Notes under the pieces: model-generated
The model's input: only the letters and a program-made list of their open reading frames with translations
Database searches by the model: none
What the model was told of the DNA's origin: nothing
Shown here: positions 50,601 to 63,218 of the stretch, piece after piece
How positions within the stretch are numbered: the first letter of the stretch is position 1
Layout: each line of letters opens with the position of its first letter
Translations under genes and position numbers: made by a program
Assembly: GCA_030295235.1 (NCBI GenBank)
Contig: AP026139.1
Span: 496,001-560,000 of the forward strand
Source of the DNA: Fistulifera solaris
Taxonomy: Eukaryota
Direction: 5' to 3'
Length of the DNA stretch: 64,000 nucleotides

Positions 50601-52266
50601 TGAGCGTTATCCAAAGCATCAGGTATTTCCCATGACGTTTCGCCAGACTCTTCGTTGTAATAATAAACCTCGCCTGAATCTGGATCGACATGGCTTTTCC
50701 AACCTGGTGGTAACTGTTCTTGTTCAGTAAAGGATCGTGACTCGCATCCAAATCGGCGACCATAATCTCCATCTGTTCGGTTTGGACAACACTGTCGCCT
50801 ACATTAAATGCCGAGTTTTGCTCTTCTGATGTCACATTTTCGGGCAGTGTCAGCAACTGCGAGTCGCGTGGTCCACCCACTTCGTCATCCGTGCTGACAT
50901 TCAGCAGCTCCTCCTTGTAATTCTCACCAACTTTGTCGAAGTCTTCAGGTAGTTCAATGGGAATTTCGCCTTCGACCTGTTCTCCCGATGTCGGCACGAT
51001 CGGTGAAGAAAAGTCACCCGATTGGTACGAATGTTCATCTCCTTCTTCGATGGCCGACAAAAACGCACCACCGCTCGATAAGGAATCGCCGTTCTGATCA
51101 TCAACGCTGCTCGGTATACTAGGCAACGGAGCACCTCTGATGGAAGGTTCGGGTTCGACAGTCTCCTCCACAATTTCGTCGTCGACAATTTCCTCCTCAT
51201 CGTCGTCAATAATTTCTTCCTCTTCTTCGCCGTCACTTTCAACTAATTCTTCCTCTTCAAAATCATCTTCGACTACTTCTTCCTCTTCGAATAGCTCGCT
51301 TTGGTTAACATCAAGATTGGGATCGGAGCCTTCTTCTTCACTGATTTCTTCGTATATTGTTGAAGTTGCACTCGCATCTTCTTGAGCGTTTGCTGACCTG
51401 ACATCGTTGACCGGATCAATGACTGCAACTACCGATTTTGTCTCCTTCTCGCTATGCATTTCCAATGGTAGCTCTAAACTTCGTCCTTGTTGGTATGTTT
51501 CTTCCATTTCGGTATCCTTTGCCGCATCCGCCGATGGTACATTAGACTCACTCTCTGACACTGGATCCCCTTGTCCCATACTGGCGAGATATTTGTTGTT
51601 TTCTGCGCGTTCCTTTAGTTGGTCGACAACTCCGTTGGCCGATTCGGTGACCGCCGTCTCGACATTTTCCGCCATTTCCTCCAAATTGATATCCGGTGCC
51701 ACTTTGGCGAACGATTCATTCTTCTGGATACTTTCTTTCAGCTGATCTACCGCTTTTTGTGTCGAATCGGCTACAACTGTCTTGACTTGTTCAGCCATTT
51801 TGTCTATTTCCGATACCGATTCCGTCACGAGTGTTTCCGTTTGTTCCGCCAGCTGGCTCGTATCCACAGTTCCGCTATCTCGGAGAAAGTTCGCTGGGGT
51901 TGTTTTTTCCTTTGTCGGACTGGCCAGTGGTGATACGATTGGCCTGGTCGTTGCTAGTATTTCATGGTCTGTCGTCAGATTTAATTTCCTCATCATCGGT
52001 TCTCGTTCTTCTTGATCCGGTGTCGAGTACATTTCGAGCGATTTGTTGTTTAGTGACGATGGCGTATGGGGTGGATATTCCAATTCCGGTAGATATTGCT
52101 TCGTGGCTTCGATTATGGGCGTCACATCGACCGGTAATTGGGCGGCTATGTTCGATAGATGTGATACCGGAATTTCATCCGTATCATGAAACGGCTCTGA
52201 TCGATGATCCGGTGAAACCGTGTCTGCCAGACTCTCCAAAAGACCTGGAGGTGTCTCGTCGGCCAT
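47612..52266 (-). CDS. Paralog A: acidic disordered N-terminus, single TM and two FG-GAP (integrin-alpha-like) beta-propellers; intron 50094-50155 and indels
   Basis: Collinear ORFs 50566-52266, 50141-50614 (TM VLCLLCAICLILIALIIAIPLAL), 48546-50144 and 47612-48586. Many FGxSVxx...AIGAP...GRVYVY repeats, with a Pro/Ser/Thr linker between the two repeat blocks. Confidence 0.85.
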
Positions 52267-52773
52267 CCTCTTTGCTGCTGCTTCCGGCTGAATAATAGAT
52301 GAAGAACGAAGTAATCCGGCGTTGCGAAATCCGATTCAATTTCACCGGTCCTCCTTTTATGGAATATATTAGTTTGTTTTGCACGAAATGGATCAGCTTT
52401 GTGTGATGGTTTGCCTTGCTTCTGTTTGCGTTGCTGTCGTTGTTTGGGTTTCGTTTCCTTTAAACCTCGATTTTTTTGGCTTCTTTGTTTTGGCCATCGT
52501 CCTTGTCGGAAGGGGGCCATTTTTTCACCTACACTTCAACTGAGTCTTCCATTCTTTGAATGCCGCGAATGACCGAAGGGCGTCGTTTGATTTTGGCGCG
52601 ACTGGCCAAAAGACTTCGACGTTGGCTACTTTATACTCGATACAAAAGCTGTGTTACATCGCGAAGCCTCGCGATGGTCATCAAAATCAATGCGAAACAA
52701 ATGACGACAAATTTGGAAAAGAAAGTAACAATGAAACTTTTTTTTAAAAAAGTAAAATCACTAAACTTATATA

Positions 52774-54493
52774 TTATTCCTAATTTCCTAACGTCAGAAT
52801 GTAATCTTGACATTCGACTGAATTTTCCATTTTCATCTCATTTTTTCACATACGGAGTATATTTCAGTCTGACACTTCGCTGAGTAGACTTTGGTTCTAA
52901 CTCTAGCTCTAGAGTGCTGGTAGAGGGTCAGTCCCGAGCCCATTTCCCAATAAGGGGGAGTCCGTCTTGGCATTCCTTCTCTTGGATTCCGCAGAAGCAT
53001 ACTAACTGACCTGACCAGGGAAAGACTCATGCAGCTCTGATGAAACCACAGATCTCGGAGTATGGCTTGTTCCACTTCCGCTGAAGTTTTCTTGCAAGTT
53101 GTCTCAATGCTGAAATAGCCTGTTGTCCCATCATTCCGTCAATGGAAAAGACCAAGGGAGTGAAGTCTCGTCCTGCGTTCATGGCAAGGGGGTCCGTACA
53201 TGCTACGCTTTTCACGCTCTTGAGAAGCCAGAACCATAATCGGGTCACGGTTTCTGTATGACGGAGCGTCGGTGTCAGTAACTTGGACATCAAAAATGGT
53301 CGTTCGTCTTTCATTCCAAAAGCCATAGGCTGAAACATCTCCTCGAAGTTCTTGAACCTGTGTACTGTTGTTGCTGTTGCCAAATGTGTGAATGGTAGGC
53401 TCGTTCGCGAACAGATTTGGGTCCAAAGGCTTGTGTGCAGAGAGACATGAATTCCGCTTTCAGATCGTCGTGTCTCTGGATCACAAGTCCACCGTTTTGC
53501 ATTGTTGTGCATGTTCGACTGTAAACGGTTTATTGCATCCATCACACTTCTTGGGGAGAGAATTGGGAGTCCCGAGCGAATTAAGTAAACTGTCACGGAA
53601 TTCGTCTTTTGAGAGTTCGGTGTCCGGGAATGTTTGTGGACGCACCAAAAGCCAAATTCCTGTCGATTTTGCTCGAAGCAGTCTTTGCCTTTCCTCCGGT
53701 CTTCCGATACAGATTTCAAGCGTTTGAATTTTGTTTTGGAATCGGAGTTTTTGCGGCACTGTTTTTCTCTACTGTGGCATGTGAACGATGCTCTCCAACG
53801 TTTAATTCTGTGTTGCTGTATAAACTGTCAGAGATGAGTTTCATGATTTTCTGTGAGGTAGAGAAGTTGTGTTCACATGTCTTTACCGGGTTCCAAACGC
53901 CAATTCCCGCTGCTTTTGTGCTGAGAGAAAGAATTTCCCGCAAGTCACCTGTGATTGGCTGATCTTCGCCAAGTAATGCCGGGAGGAATTTCTTCTGGAT
54001 ACATTTCTCAAGGGGTGCAAAGAGATGAGATATTCCGGGAATAACTCGTTGGACATATTGCCACTCCATTTGGAGTGAGCGACAAAAATCCTGAATAGGG
54101 CGGCTTGGGGGTATCTTTTGGCGACTTCGGAAAGTGTCTTCAGCGTGCTTACCCATTTGTTGATTTTTGCTGTAACCCATTTGTCCCGTTCAACTGAGGA
54201 GCCAATAAATCCTTCCAAGTATCGGTGTCCGCGTGTACTGAAACCCATATTTCTCAAGTATGAGCCTGCAGCTTTGTTCGTCGGATTTCACGGCCGCACG
54301 ACAATACTCTTTCGGGTTCTGGGAAGTAACTGCGATCTGGACCAAGTTGCATGAGGATTTGCATTGCCTTGTCAATGCTGGACGCTTACCTGCAAATGCT
54401 GCATTGTCGGCCTAGAAAGGTGATACAATGTAGAGCCGGATGGTTTGGGTAATTGGAGCAAGAGCTAGTCCGTAAAGGATCATGCTCAAGGTC
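52774..54493 (-). mobile_element. 5'-truncated, degenerate CRE-like non-LTR retrotransposon (partial RT, CCHC zinc finger, restriction-like endonuclease)
   Basis: Fragments read DPLSMILYGLAL, ADNAAFAG (decayed YADD), RYLEGFIG...YPQAA, SLQMEWQYVQR, KCDGCNKPFTVEHAQQCKTGGLVIQRHD, RGDVSAYGFW...IFDVQVTDTDA, EKRSMY and FTPLVFSIDG, with many frameshifts. Confidence 0.88.
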
Positions 54494-56895
54494 AGAGTCT
54501 TTGGTTATTGCTACAGAAACAGCAGAGCCAAAAGCTTCATTTGTGGCAAACAAGTCTTTGTCACCTCGCAGCGTCTCTCCTACTTGTGACCAGCTAGATC
54601 TACTGTACTCGTAAACATATACTCCCCCGCTTCTGTTGGGGTATCAACAATGAACAAGAAAGGGGATCCGACGGCTGCTATCGTGCCTGAAGCGTCTACC
54701 GACCACCCGAATCCACTTGCTTCTTGCTCACCAAGAAGGTCGGGTGCCGTGGTTGTTGTCTGGAATGTAAAGCGTCTGCATCAAAGGCAAAGCGTTTTCA
54801 TTCACCTCATTGTCCACATGATTGGTGGCATAATTGAGTGTAGTAATCTCTGGGTAGACAGCACGGGCTGCATCATCGAAACATGCATCCTCCTGTGAAA
54901 AGCCCGCATGACGATCCTTCAGAACGCAATCATCGCATAGACCGGTTGATGCTTTGTCTGCCATGTGAATTGTAGACATTGTTTGGTGAATGTGCGTCTC
55001 TTCCACGGCCCTTACAGCAGCTAGATCCTCAAGTGTTACTGCATTGTGTTCTTCATCAGCATTCACTTCTAAATGTTGGACTGGTGTCTTCTCAAGACTT
55101 TCGGAAGGAACGTCCATCATTGCAACAAATGTCAAATCCTTTTGTGCTAAATCTCCTTTCATCTCTCTAGTTTCCTCAGGATTGACAGGCTCATCAGAAA
55201 AAGCCATTTCCTCTGAAAAAACTGCCGCATTCAGCGATGCATTTTCTCACGATACGCCAAGGATTGAAACTGAAAAGCTGGCGCCCGTTGGTTCTGGTGG
55301 TATTTCATCCTGCACTTCGCTTTCCACATTATAAGGAAGCGTTTCACGAGCATAGCCCTTTTCCATGTCGTGGGAACAGTCTGAATCGATAGTTGCATGA
55401 ATGGCTTCCTGGTTGTTACTGCTCATCATCTTCGTTGTGCTTTGGCAGCAAACCAGTGAGTTCGTGATCCGCTTCTGTGACAGTATCGTCATCTTGTTCA
55501 GTTATCAATGCAGACTCTGGCGCCCATTTCTCCCAACTCTGACGTAACCTCGGCTATATCCTCAGTTCTGCATGGACGCCATTGACAATTTGAGCTGCTG
55601 CTTCTGTCGGAGTGTAACATCCGTGGTGCGATCCAAAGTTGACTCAATCTCTGTATCAGGAGCTACAACATCAGATGAGTCCGTTGCAAGATCAAGAGGA
55701 GTCCGAAGTTGCTCACGAGTTTGTCGTTCGGATTCTACAGCTATTTCTGAATCCAAATGCTCTTTCACTTCATGACCATTGTCAAACTCAGAGACAAACA
55801 GTGATTCCGAGTTCATGTCTGCTAGATTTGATGCTGTGGCATCCGTCAGCTTTGAGATGTCGTTCACTGATCAACGGGATTCTTTCTGTCGGAATGTCAT
55901 CATCCTTCACTCTACTTACAGTCGACTCAATTACAAATGATGGGGTGAAGTCAGCAGCCTGGTCATGCAGTGACTCGGGTTCTAGGACAAATTGTGCCTT
56001 TTCGGGCTTCATGCGTGGCATCAACCAGCTGATCAGCATTATTAGACATTGCTGCTTCAGGTTGCAACTTGCTGGCTGAGGACAATTCCGCGTTATGAGA
56101 CTCTACCATCTACTCTTTGCGGTCTGAAACGATCGGCTTTTGATCTACAGCTTTTGTTTGAGATGACTCAATATTTTTCTAGCAAGAGGACTGAGGAAGT
56201 TTTAACAGATGCTTTTGACGAATTGGATTTTGACTCAAGTTCAGAACTGGACATCAAGTCCATGGTCATTTTCTGCTCTGCTTGCGTGTCAATCGAAACG
56301 TTTTGTTCAAATGTTGGATTAGCATTCTCCTCCTGTTTTGTCGCGAGTAAGTCTGACAATTGATTCACACCCAAGATTATACCGTTATTGTCGTCACTGG
56401 ATATCGCAACAGCCTTTTCTGTGATATCATGGGGAATTTTGGTATCGGCGGTCTCTTGCTTAGTCAGATTTGGGTTTGTTAAACTCGTACGTTCATCAAG
56501 TTCAACCGGATCAATCGAGGGTGCAGTAGTAACGATTATCACAGATTTTCTCGGGGAAACACGGCGGGGGCTGTCCAATTGAACATCATCTTCAATCGTT
56601 TCCTCGCTGTAGTCATCGTCGACAGCTTCTTCTTCATATTCTTCCACAAATTCATCGGCGTAGCTGTCATCAATGATCTCCTCTTCATAAAGATCCTCTT
56701 CTAGTAATGTGCCACTTTCTGCGGCAACAACAGGCTCGGAAGGCCCGTGACTTTTGTGGTAGAATCAGGTGTTATGCTTGCCGGATTTTGATCGGTGGAA
56801 ACCCCCGCGGTAGATAAGTCTGCTATATCTGTCGCAGTATCTTGATCGTTTGTGACCGTGGTAGACGACTCTGCTTCTTGGCCCATGAGCGACAT
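54494..56895 (-). pseudogene. Paralog B of the acidic/TM/FG-GAP family, disrupted
   Basis: 54494-54742 aligns by eye to paralog A 49626-49874. The upstream acidic region is broken into many short ORFs, the TM and first blade are missing, and the 3' part is replaced by the retroelement. Confidence 0.75.
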
Positions 56896-57481
56896 TTTAC
56901 TTGGCGATTTGGCTTCGATTGGAAGCAACGATGAATGGGACCTTAGAGAACTGTGATACCGTCGATGATTTGTCTCGCGAAGATATCTCTATCAAAACCT
57001 CGACGCTTTGATTGAAAGGTGTTGGATGGATTCTTTGGTTGCTTTTGCTCTTTCGTTCCTTCTCAAGGTAAAAAGGCCAAATGGAAGAATTGGAATTGAT
57101 ATGAATGACCATGGAACATGCAAATGATGACCCTGCGTAAAATTTCAGAAATTTCTCAACAGAAGATGTTCACGTGGTACGTGGCAAGTGACACATTTGT
57201 GTATTGCGTCGCAACGGGAAGAAGACGTTTTGAAGTCTGGGTCGCGGACGGTGATCCTCAACGCAAAGAAGCCCAGAAGCCCAGAAGCCCATTATTTTCG
57301 TCGAAGGTGCTCAGCTAACTTACTTTGCTAAAACTCTAACAGTATAGAGAGATACATTTCTCAAGAAACTGACGAACGGGAGGTTTCATGATTTGGCTTA
57401 GAACTAAATTAAACAAGTCACGTCAACAAAAGACGCGATGGCCAATTGATATTGTGTCGCAGGTTTATACATGGATTTGGC

Positions 57482-60358
57482 TTACCATGGCGCTGATAAA
57501 CGGCGCCCTGATAGAAGCTGCGACGGCGTCAAGGGAAGTATCTGTCCCTCATATCCAAGAGTCGGCCCATAAACCGTTACTTTTCCATCAGTGGTTCCAA
57601 CCACTAAAGATGAAGCGCCAGATCCAGAAACGGAAATACTCGCTGCACGCGCAAAGCCAGGATCTAGTTCTTCAAAAACCGTCGACCAGTTTCCAAATTT
57701 TTCGACATAATCATATCGTCGAACCTTTCCTTGTGAGGTTGCAACAAGGACTTGGATACCTGTCGCACTCACGGTCCCGCCGAGAAGATTCATCGCTCCA
57801 ATTTTATCACCGCTTTCTCCAACAATTTCATCCCCAACTTGTGTGTAAAGTCCGTTCATAGATTTGCGGAAAACAAGCACGCGACCAGATTCATTCCGGT
57901 AATTGGGCGCCCCGATAGCAAACGTATCCCCGTCATTCGACAACATCGCTACGGAAGTACCCAGACCTTCGTCACTCTCAAACCCCCAATGGCAAACGCC
58001 AATTCCCAGTCAAATCCGTTGTACTTGTAGACAAAGGCTGTGCCTGGGTCACTGTGCAAGTCACTTCCCGGACTTCCCGCAATGAATGTCGTTCCGTCTT
58101 TCGATATTGCAACAGCTGACCCGAAGCGATCACCGGACCTTTCCCCAAGAAGAGGATCTGTCTCCATCGTTATCCAAGGACCAGTACTTCTGAGTGAATT
58201 CTCAAATGTGTAAACCCGTCCGATTTCGAAATCATTTAAATTGCTGAGTGGGGCACCAATGACAACGCGGTAAGCATTCTCTGTTACCGCAACGGAAACC
58301 GACGAGCCAAACTCTTCATTAGCAGAAAAGACGTCTTCATCGCCCCGTAATGCAACGCCTACCTGAATCCATGCTGTGCTATTGTAACTGTAAACTGACG
58401 CTCCGCCACCTGGTGTTGGTGTATCTGCTATGAGAAGGAAAGGGACCCCGACAATTGCTGCCGTTCCAGCTACGTCCACCGACCACCCAAACCTGCTGTT
58501 GTCTTCTTCTCCGGCAACTATTTGTGGCGCTAATGATTCGCTTTTGTCAAGCATATAACTATGCATCATACCACTTCCTCGCGTGGGCAGGCCAGCCGCC
58601 AGTATGTCGCCATCAATTGCGACGCTAGTGCCAAAGCCCGAAGATGGATCACTTGTGAACGGACCACTTAACAATTCGTATCGCAGCGGAGTAGGCAAAG
58701 GCACCTCGCTGTCCTTTTCGTAGAATAAGATTAGAAGCACGACACCTACTGCTAGGAGCAGCATTAACAACAAATAAATGATCCAAAAGCATCGTTTTCT
58801 TTCTGTCAAATTTGGCATATCATCGTCAATGAACTTCTCTATTTCAGTGTCGTTTTTGATGGACTTTTCGTCCGAATAAGCTTCCATAAATGCTTCTTCC
58901 GGGTCCCGACCGTCACTCATTTGTACAATGACTTCCTCTTCGTTTTCGGGGCCCGAATGATATTCTTCGAACTTAAAATTGTAGCCATTCAACTCATCGT
59001 AAGCTATTTGGTCTTCAGCGTCTCGGGCATCTTGAAAATAAAGGGGCTTGCTATCCGTAATTTCATCATTCAATTGATGATTACCGCGCAACACATTCGG
59101 TCTCGAAGCCCTGAAAGCATAGCCTAGCGGAGGAAGTTCATCCACTTGTTGGAAATAATAATCACGATCAGCAATTGAAGCCGCAGGAATTTCTTGTACT
59201 GGATCAAAGTAGCAATCACTGATTGTAAATGTTTTTTGAGTGTTTACCTTTGAAACATTCGTAGATTCGGCGCTATCATCTGTTCTACCGTGAGACGTTA
59301 CTTCCGGCCATGGCGACGGAGATGTCCCTTGCGCCGGCGGATCCGCAGCTCGAGAAGAATTATGAAGATGCGATGGAAGTGTACCTTTCTCCGACTTGCT
59401 GTACATTGGTGTCGAATAATATTCGGATTCCACTGGAAAGGGCCATGATTGGATAAAGATCTTATCTTGAACACAAAGCGGGGGGCTCATTCGTTGGAAT
59501 GACCGTACGATTCTTCTCCATCGGCCCCGTCACGATGGTGGGTGTCGGTTGTAAAGTGGGGGCCGGTTCGTATTTTGACTGTTGCTGTATGAAAGGATTT
59601 GACTCTGCTTTTAATTCCGATCCTGTAAAGTCAAGAATGACTGGCTCACAAGTATGAAGCACTGGAGTATTCCATTGTCCCGTTGCAGAATTCCCTTGTT
59701 CCGGCGTCCCGAAGGACTCTGGGGATGAGAGTTCGGCATCCGGCGTACATTGATTAACGGAAGAATATGATTCCTTGTTGAAAGCTTTTGTATTCAATCT
59801 CTCATCTACAACTTCTTCGACAAATGTCATTCGATCGGTTTTGTTGCGACCATCATCATCCGCTTCTGCATCATCGTACGAAATTTGTACCGAAGTAGAG
59901 TCGACATCCTGTTCGTCCCTCATTTGATCCTTATTCAAGTAATCTTGGACCTGTTCATCGTCCGATGGGTCGTTGAAAATATCTACATCCGCATCACTCT
60001 CCACAACTTCATGTATGTTATGGAAATCGTCCTCCACTGTTTCTTCTTCGTAAAGCGATGTAGAGCTTTGTTGATAGTTTCGACTCGAGTCATCGTGAAT
60101 GGTTTCTTCCACCAGCGAAGATGATTCATCACTGTCGTCGTTCGGCAGGAAACTGTTTTCTGTCGGATCGGATTCAACCTCTTCTTCGATGCGGGTCATA
60201 CTCCAACGACGTGTTGGTGATAGTGGATGGGATGAATTTCGAATACGTGGAGTAGCTGGTGATTGGGGCGATACGATGGCGGTGGTTCGCTCATTCGAGT
60301 CGGTCGATAATAATGGTCCAGCCGAGAAAAAGTCATTTTCCTCAGAATCAATCACCAT
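57482..60358 (-). CDS. Paralog C: acidic disordered N-terminus, single TM and one FG-GAP beta-propeller (2 indels)
   Basis: ORFs 59462-60358, 57949-59490 (TM FWIIYLLLMLLLAVGVVLLILF after RKR) and 57482-57946. Shares RYELxSGPF, LRGDEDVF.ANE.FGS and GAPxSNLNDFEIGRVYTFE with paralog A. Confidence 0.85.
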
Positions 60359-60811
60359 ACTTGAAACGAACCGTCCGTTTATAAAGAGCTATCAGGTGCC
60401 AGTATACGACAGACGAGAGTCTTCTTGTCAAATTAAATTATGTGAGCTCTTGCTTACTTGCCCTATTATTCTGCGTTTCTTGCCTGGAGCCCTTTTTCGG
60501 GTGTTGTTTGTATCGATGGGATGTCCGGAAATAAAAAATTGGCCGCATTCCTTTGTTTTTTGGTCACATAGAAAATGCATCCATTATATACAAAACGTGT
60601 TCTAACCGTTGACGAGCCCACCGAATTTCGGATTGACGAAAACTTCCTCCCAACACTCCCAATGCACTCGGGCCTCAATTGTTACCCGTTGGATGGCTAC
60701 TGGTATGATGATCTATGATGCATGCTTATTGCGAGAACCCACGTCAGCTAGTCTATACTAAATTATGAACAATTGTATTATTACTTTAACATACACGTCT
60801 CGTGCGACGCA

Positions 60812-62717
60812 TCATATCTCAACTCGAACAACAACTGGTTCGTTTGCTTGTGGTAATTTGATTGAATCATGAGTTGTTGAGGATAGAGGGGCATCTGATT
60901 CGGATAGGTTTGCGGATGGGGAACTCGACGCTGGCTCCACGCTATGTGACACGTCTTCATTGGACTGAGAGCTGTTACCTTGGGAAGAGGACCCCATCGC
61001 CTCGCAATATAGCTCGTCCAAATCAATGACTAGATTTTGCGTTTCATGCGAAAATAACAATGTGTTTTCGTCAGTAAAATGAGGGAGGTTTGATTCATCC
61101 GCCAAATCCGATGGTTGCGGAGCAAGCGCTCCTGGTTCCTCTGCTGATAAAGTATAACTATTAGCCACGTGATCCGCACTATCTACATCGTCCGAAGCAG
61201 CACATTGTGAGATGCAAGCGCTTGACGTTTCGGAAATGCCGTCCGTCGTTGAGCTTGAGTTCCCATCAAGCAATGTAGGGTAGGCTATATCTAACGACGT
61301 CTCCTCGTGATAATTTTGCTGGGCAATGTCTCGTCGTCTGAAATTGTCCAGTCTATCAGAATGACCAGACCGTTGTTCTTTTGCTTTTTCAAAGATCACA
61401 AGAATAGGACTATCATCACCAGCCGCATTTGCTTGTGACGTCGCAGAATGCTCACCAGCCGAGGAAGTGTGGGCTCCTGTTGTTTCCTCGTCCTTATCTG
61501 GTAACGCCAATATAGCACATGATGTCATTGAGCTGTCCACCACCTTCGACTCGGATTCTTCACTACGCATGTCTAGTCTGGTTTCGTCTTCAGACCTCAT
61601 TACATCCGAGTTTTCCATGGGTACTTTGATTGTCGCCTCCTCGCTAGTAGACACTATCTCATCAGCGTGTTTATCATGTGTCACTGTCATTATTTGCTCT
61701 TCGGGTTCTCCAGTAGATATCTCGACCAACAACTGCTCACTGGTGCTAGTTACTTCAAACATTCCGTTTGACCTATTCTCGATTGTCGTGTCCTTCTTCG
61801 CATCTCCCACAGGTACACCGATCACTGCGTCTTCCCTACGCTCACATCCTTGCGGTTCTTGCTCGATCGGTCCTGTTGATACTTCACACTCATTCGTTGT
61901 TTGGCGCGCGAACAGGGACGCAAGCAATGCTTCTTTCCGCTTGGTGCGCTCTGATTTTTCAAAATCCTCCTTCGACTTTCGAACCTCGGGTTTTGGTTTG
62001 ATTCTCTGGTTTCGAACATCATTTTCTTTGTCGTTTTTTCGCTGTTTCTGCTCCTCGTTGGGCTCCTCTCTTGATCTCGTCGTTTTTCGTTTCAGTTTAG
62101 GATCATTTGTATTGTTATTTCGCTTTCGTTCCCCTTCGGGCGTCGGTGGCATTTTGGAACGCATGGGTCGTCGCGCCTCTTTCTTTTTTATTCTTTTTCT
62201 TTTTGGATTTTTCCTTATAATTTTTGATGTCTTCTTTTTTCTCTTCATGCAAATAGGTGACACTTTGGATGCGGAATTCCATCTGTTCGATTTCGCAGGA
62301 CTTTTGGTACAATAAATCGTCCGTTTCTCGGACCGCCTGACGCAAAAACGCAATAGTCTTTTTCAATCCTTCACATTCTTTGCATTTTCGTTGATAGAGC
62401 TCTTGCAAAATCTCAATTTCGGTGTCTGGCAAATAAGATGTTTCTACAAACGAACCGCCATTTTCTCGGGTGCCACCAGCTAGAGATTTTTCTGACGAAT
62501 TATCCTGCGCGTCTCTTCCTGCCTCCAGGCCTTCTGTCGGTAGCTCCAATAAATCCTCAGTGTCTGGTTTGTCGACGAACGATGGCTCGTGAATCATCCT
62601 CGCCGGCTTAATAACCGAATCATCATCATCGCCCCAGGTCGGAATGTTACCTATGACGCGTAACTCCTCTTCGCTCCGCGGCCCGTCAAATACACCACCA
62701 TGATCTGGTTCGACCAT
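60812..62717 (-). CDS. Coiled-coil plus acidic low-complexity protein (indels)
   Basis: ORFs 62115-62717 and 60812-62353 overlap, with a coiled coil (LQELYQRKCKECEGLKK), a Lys-rich segment and an S/E/D-rich tail. Confidence 0.6.
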
Positions 62718-63218
62718 CTCAGTGGACGATGCTTCGAACCAAAATCTTCATCGATAGGCAAAGATGCAAAGTTTCCTTAATGCTTTCTTTTGGGCCGGTC
62801 ACAATTCCTGCAAATGTAATGCAAGGCAATAAACTTTATGCCTGTACTTTTTTATTCGCGGTACGCTGATTTCTTGTTTCGTAGTGAGGTACTTGGTGTG
62901 TACTACTTTGTATACACCCCTGTCCTATGCGCGTGATGTTATTCTCAACTGGAATGTACCTGTACGACTTTTTCATGGCATTGCGTGTTTCGACTTTCGA
63001 CATTCGCGCACTTCATTGCAATGCAACAAATGGAATGACAAAAGCGTTGGTAGTGAAGAGGATACGATCGATATCGAACGGTTTTTTTGACTCGTTTTTC
63101 TTAATAATTTCCTGAAAAAACAATTCGATTGCGCGAGACTAGTCGGACGAGTACGACATGATGGGAATGAATACGTTCAATAATCGGCATAGGAGAACTC
63201 TTTTCTTGTGGTTTTGGA

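Noticed and set aside
23847..52819. The repeated 32-46 bp motif as a CRISPR repeat
   Set aside because: Copies are kilobases apart with no spacer periodicity, there are no cas genes, the context is eukaryotic, and the motif is attached to a retroelement.
61467..62315. 282-aa plus-strand ORF and similar long antisense ORFs
   Set aside because: These are shadow frames of low-complexity minus-strand genes with S/F/L-rich composition and no domain.
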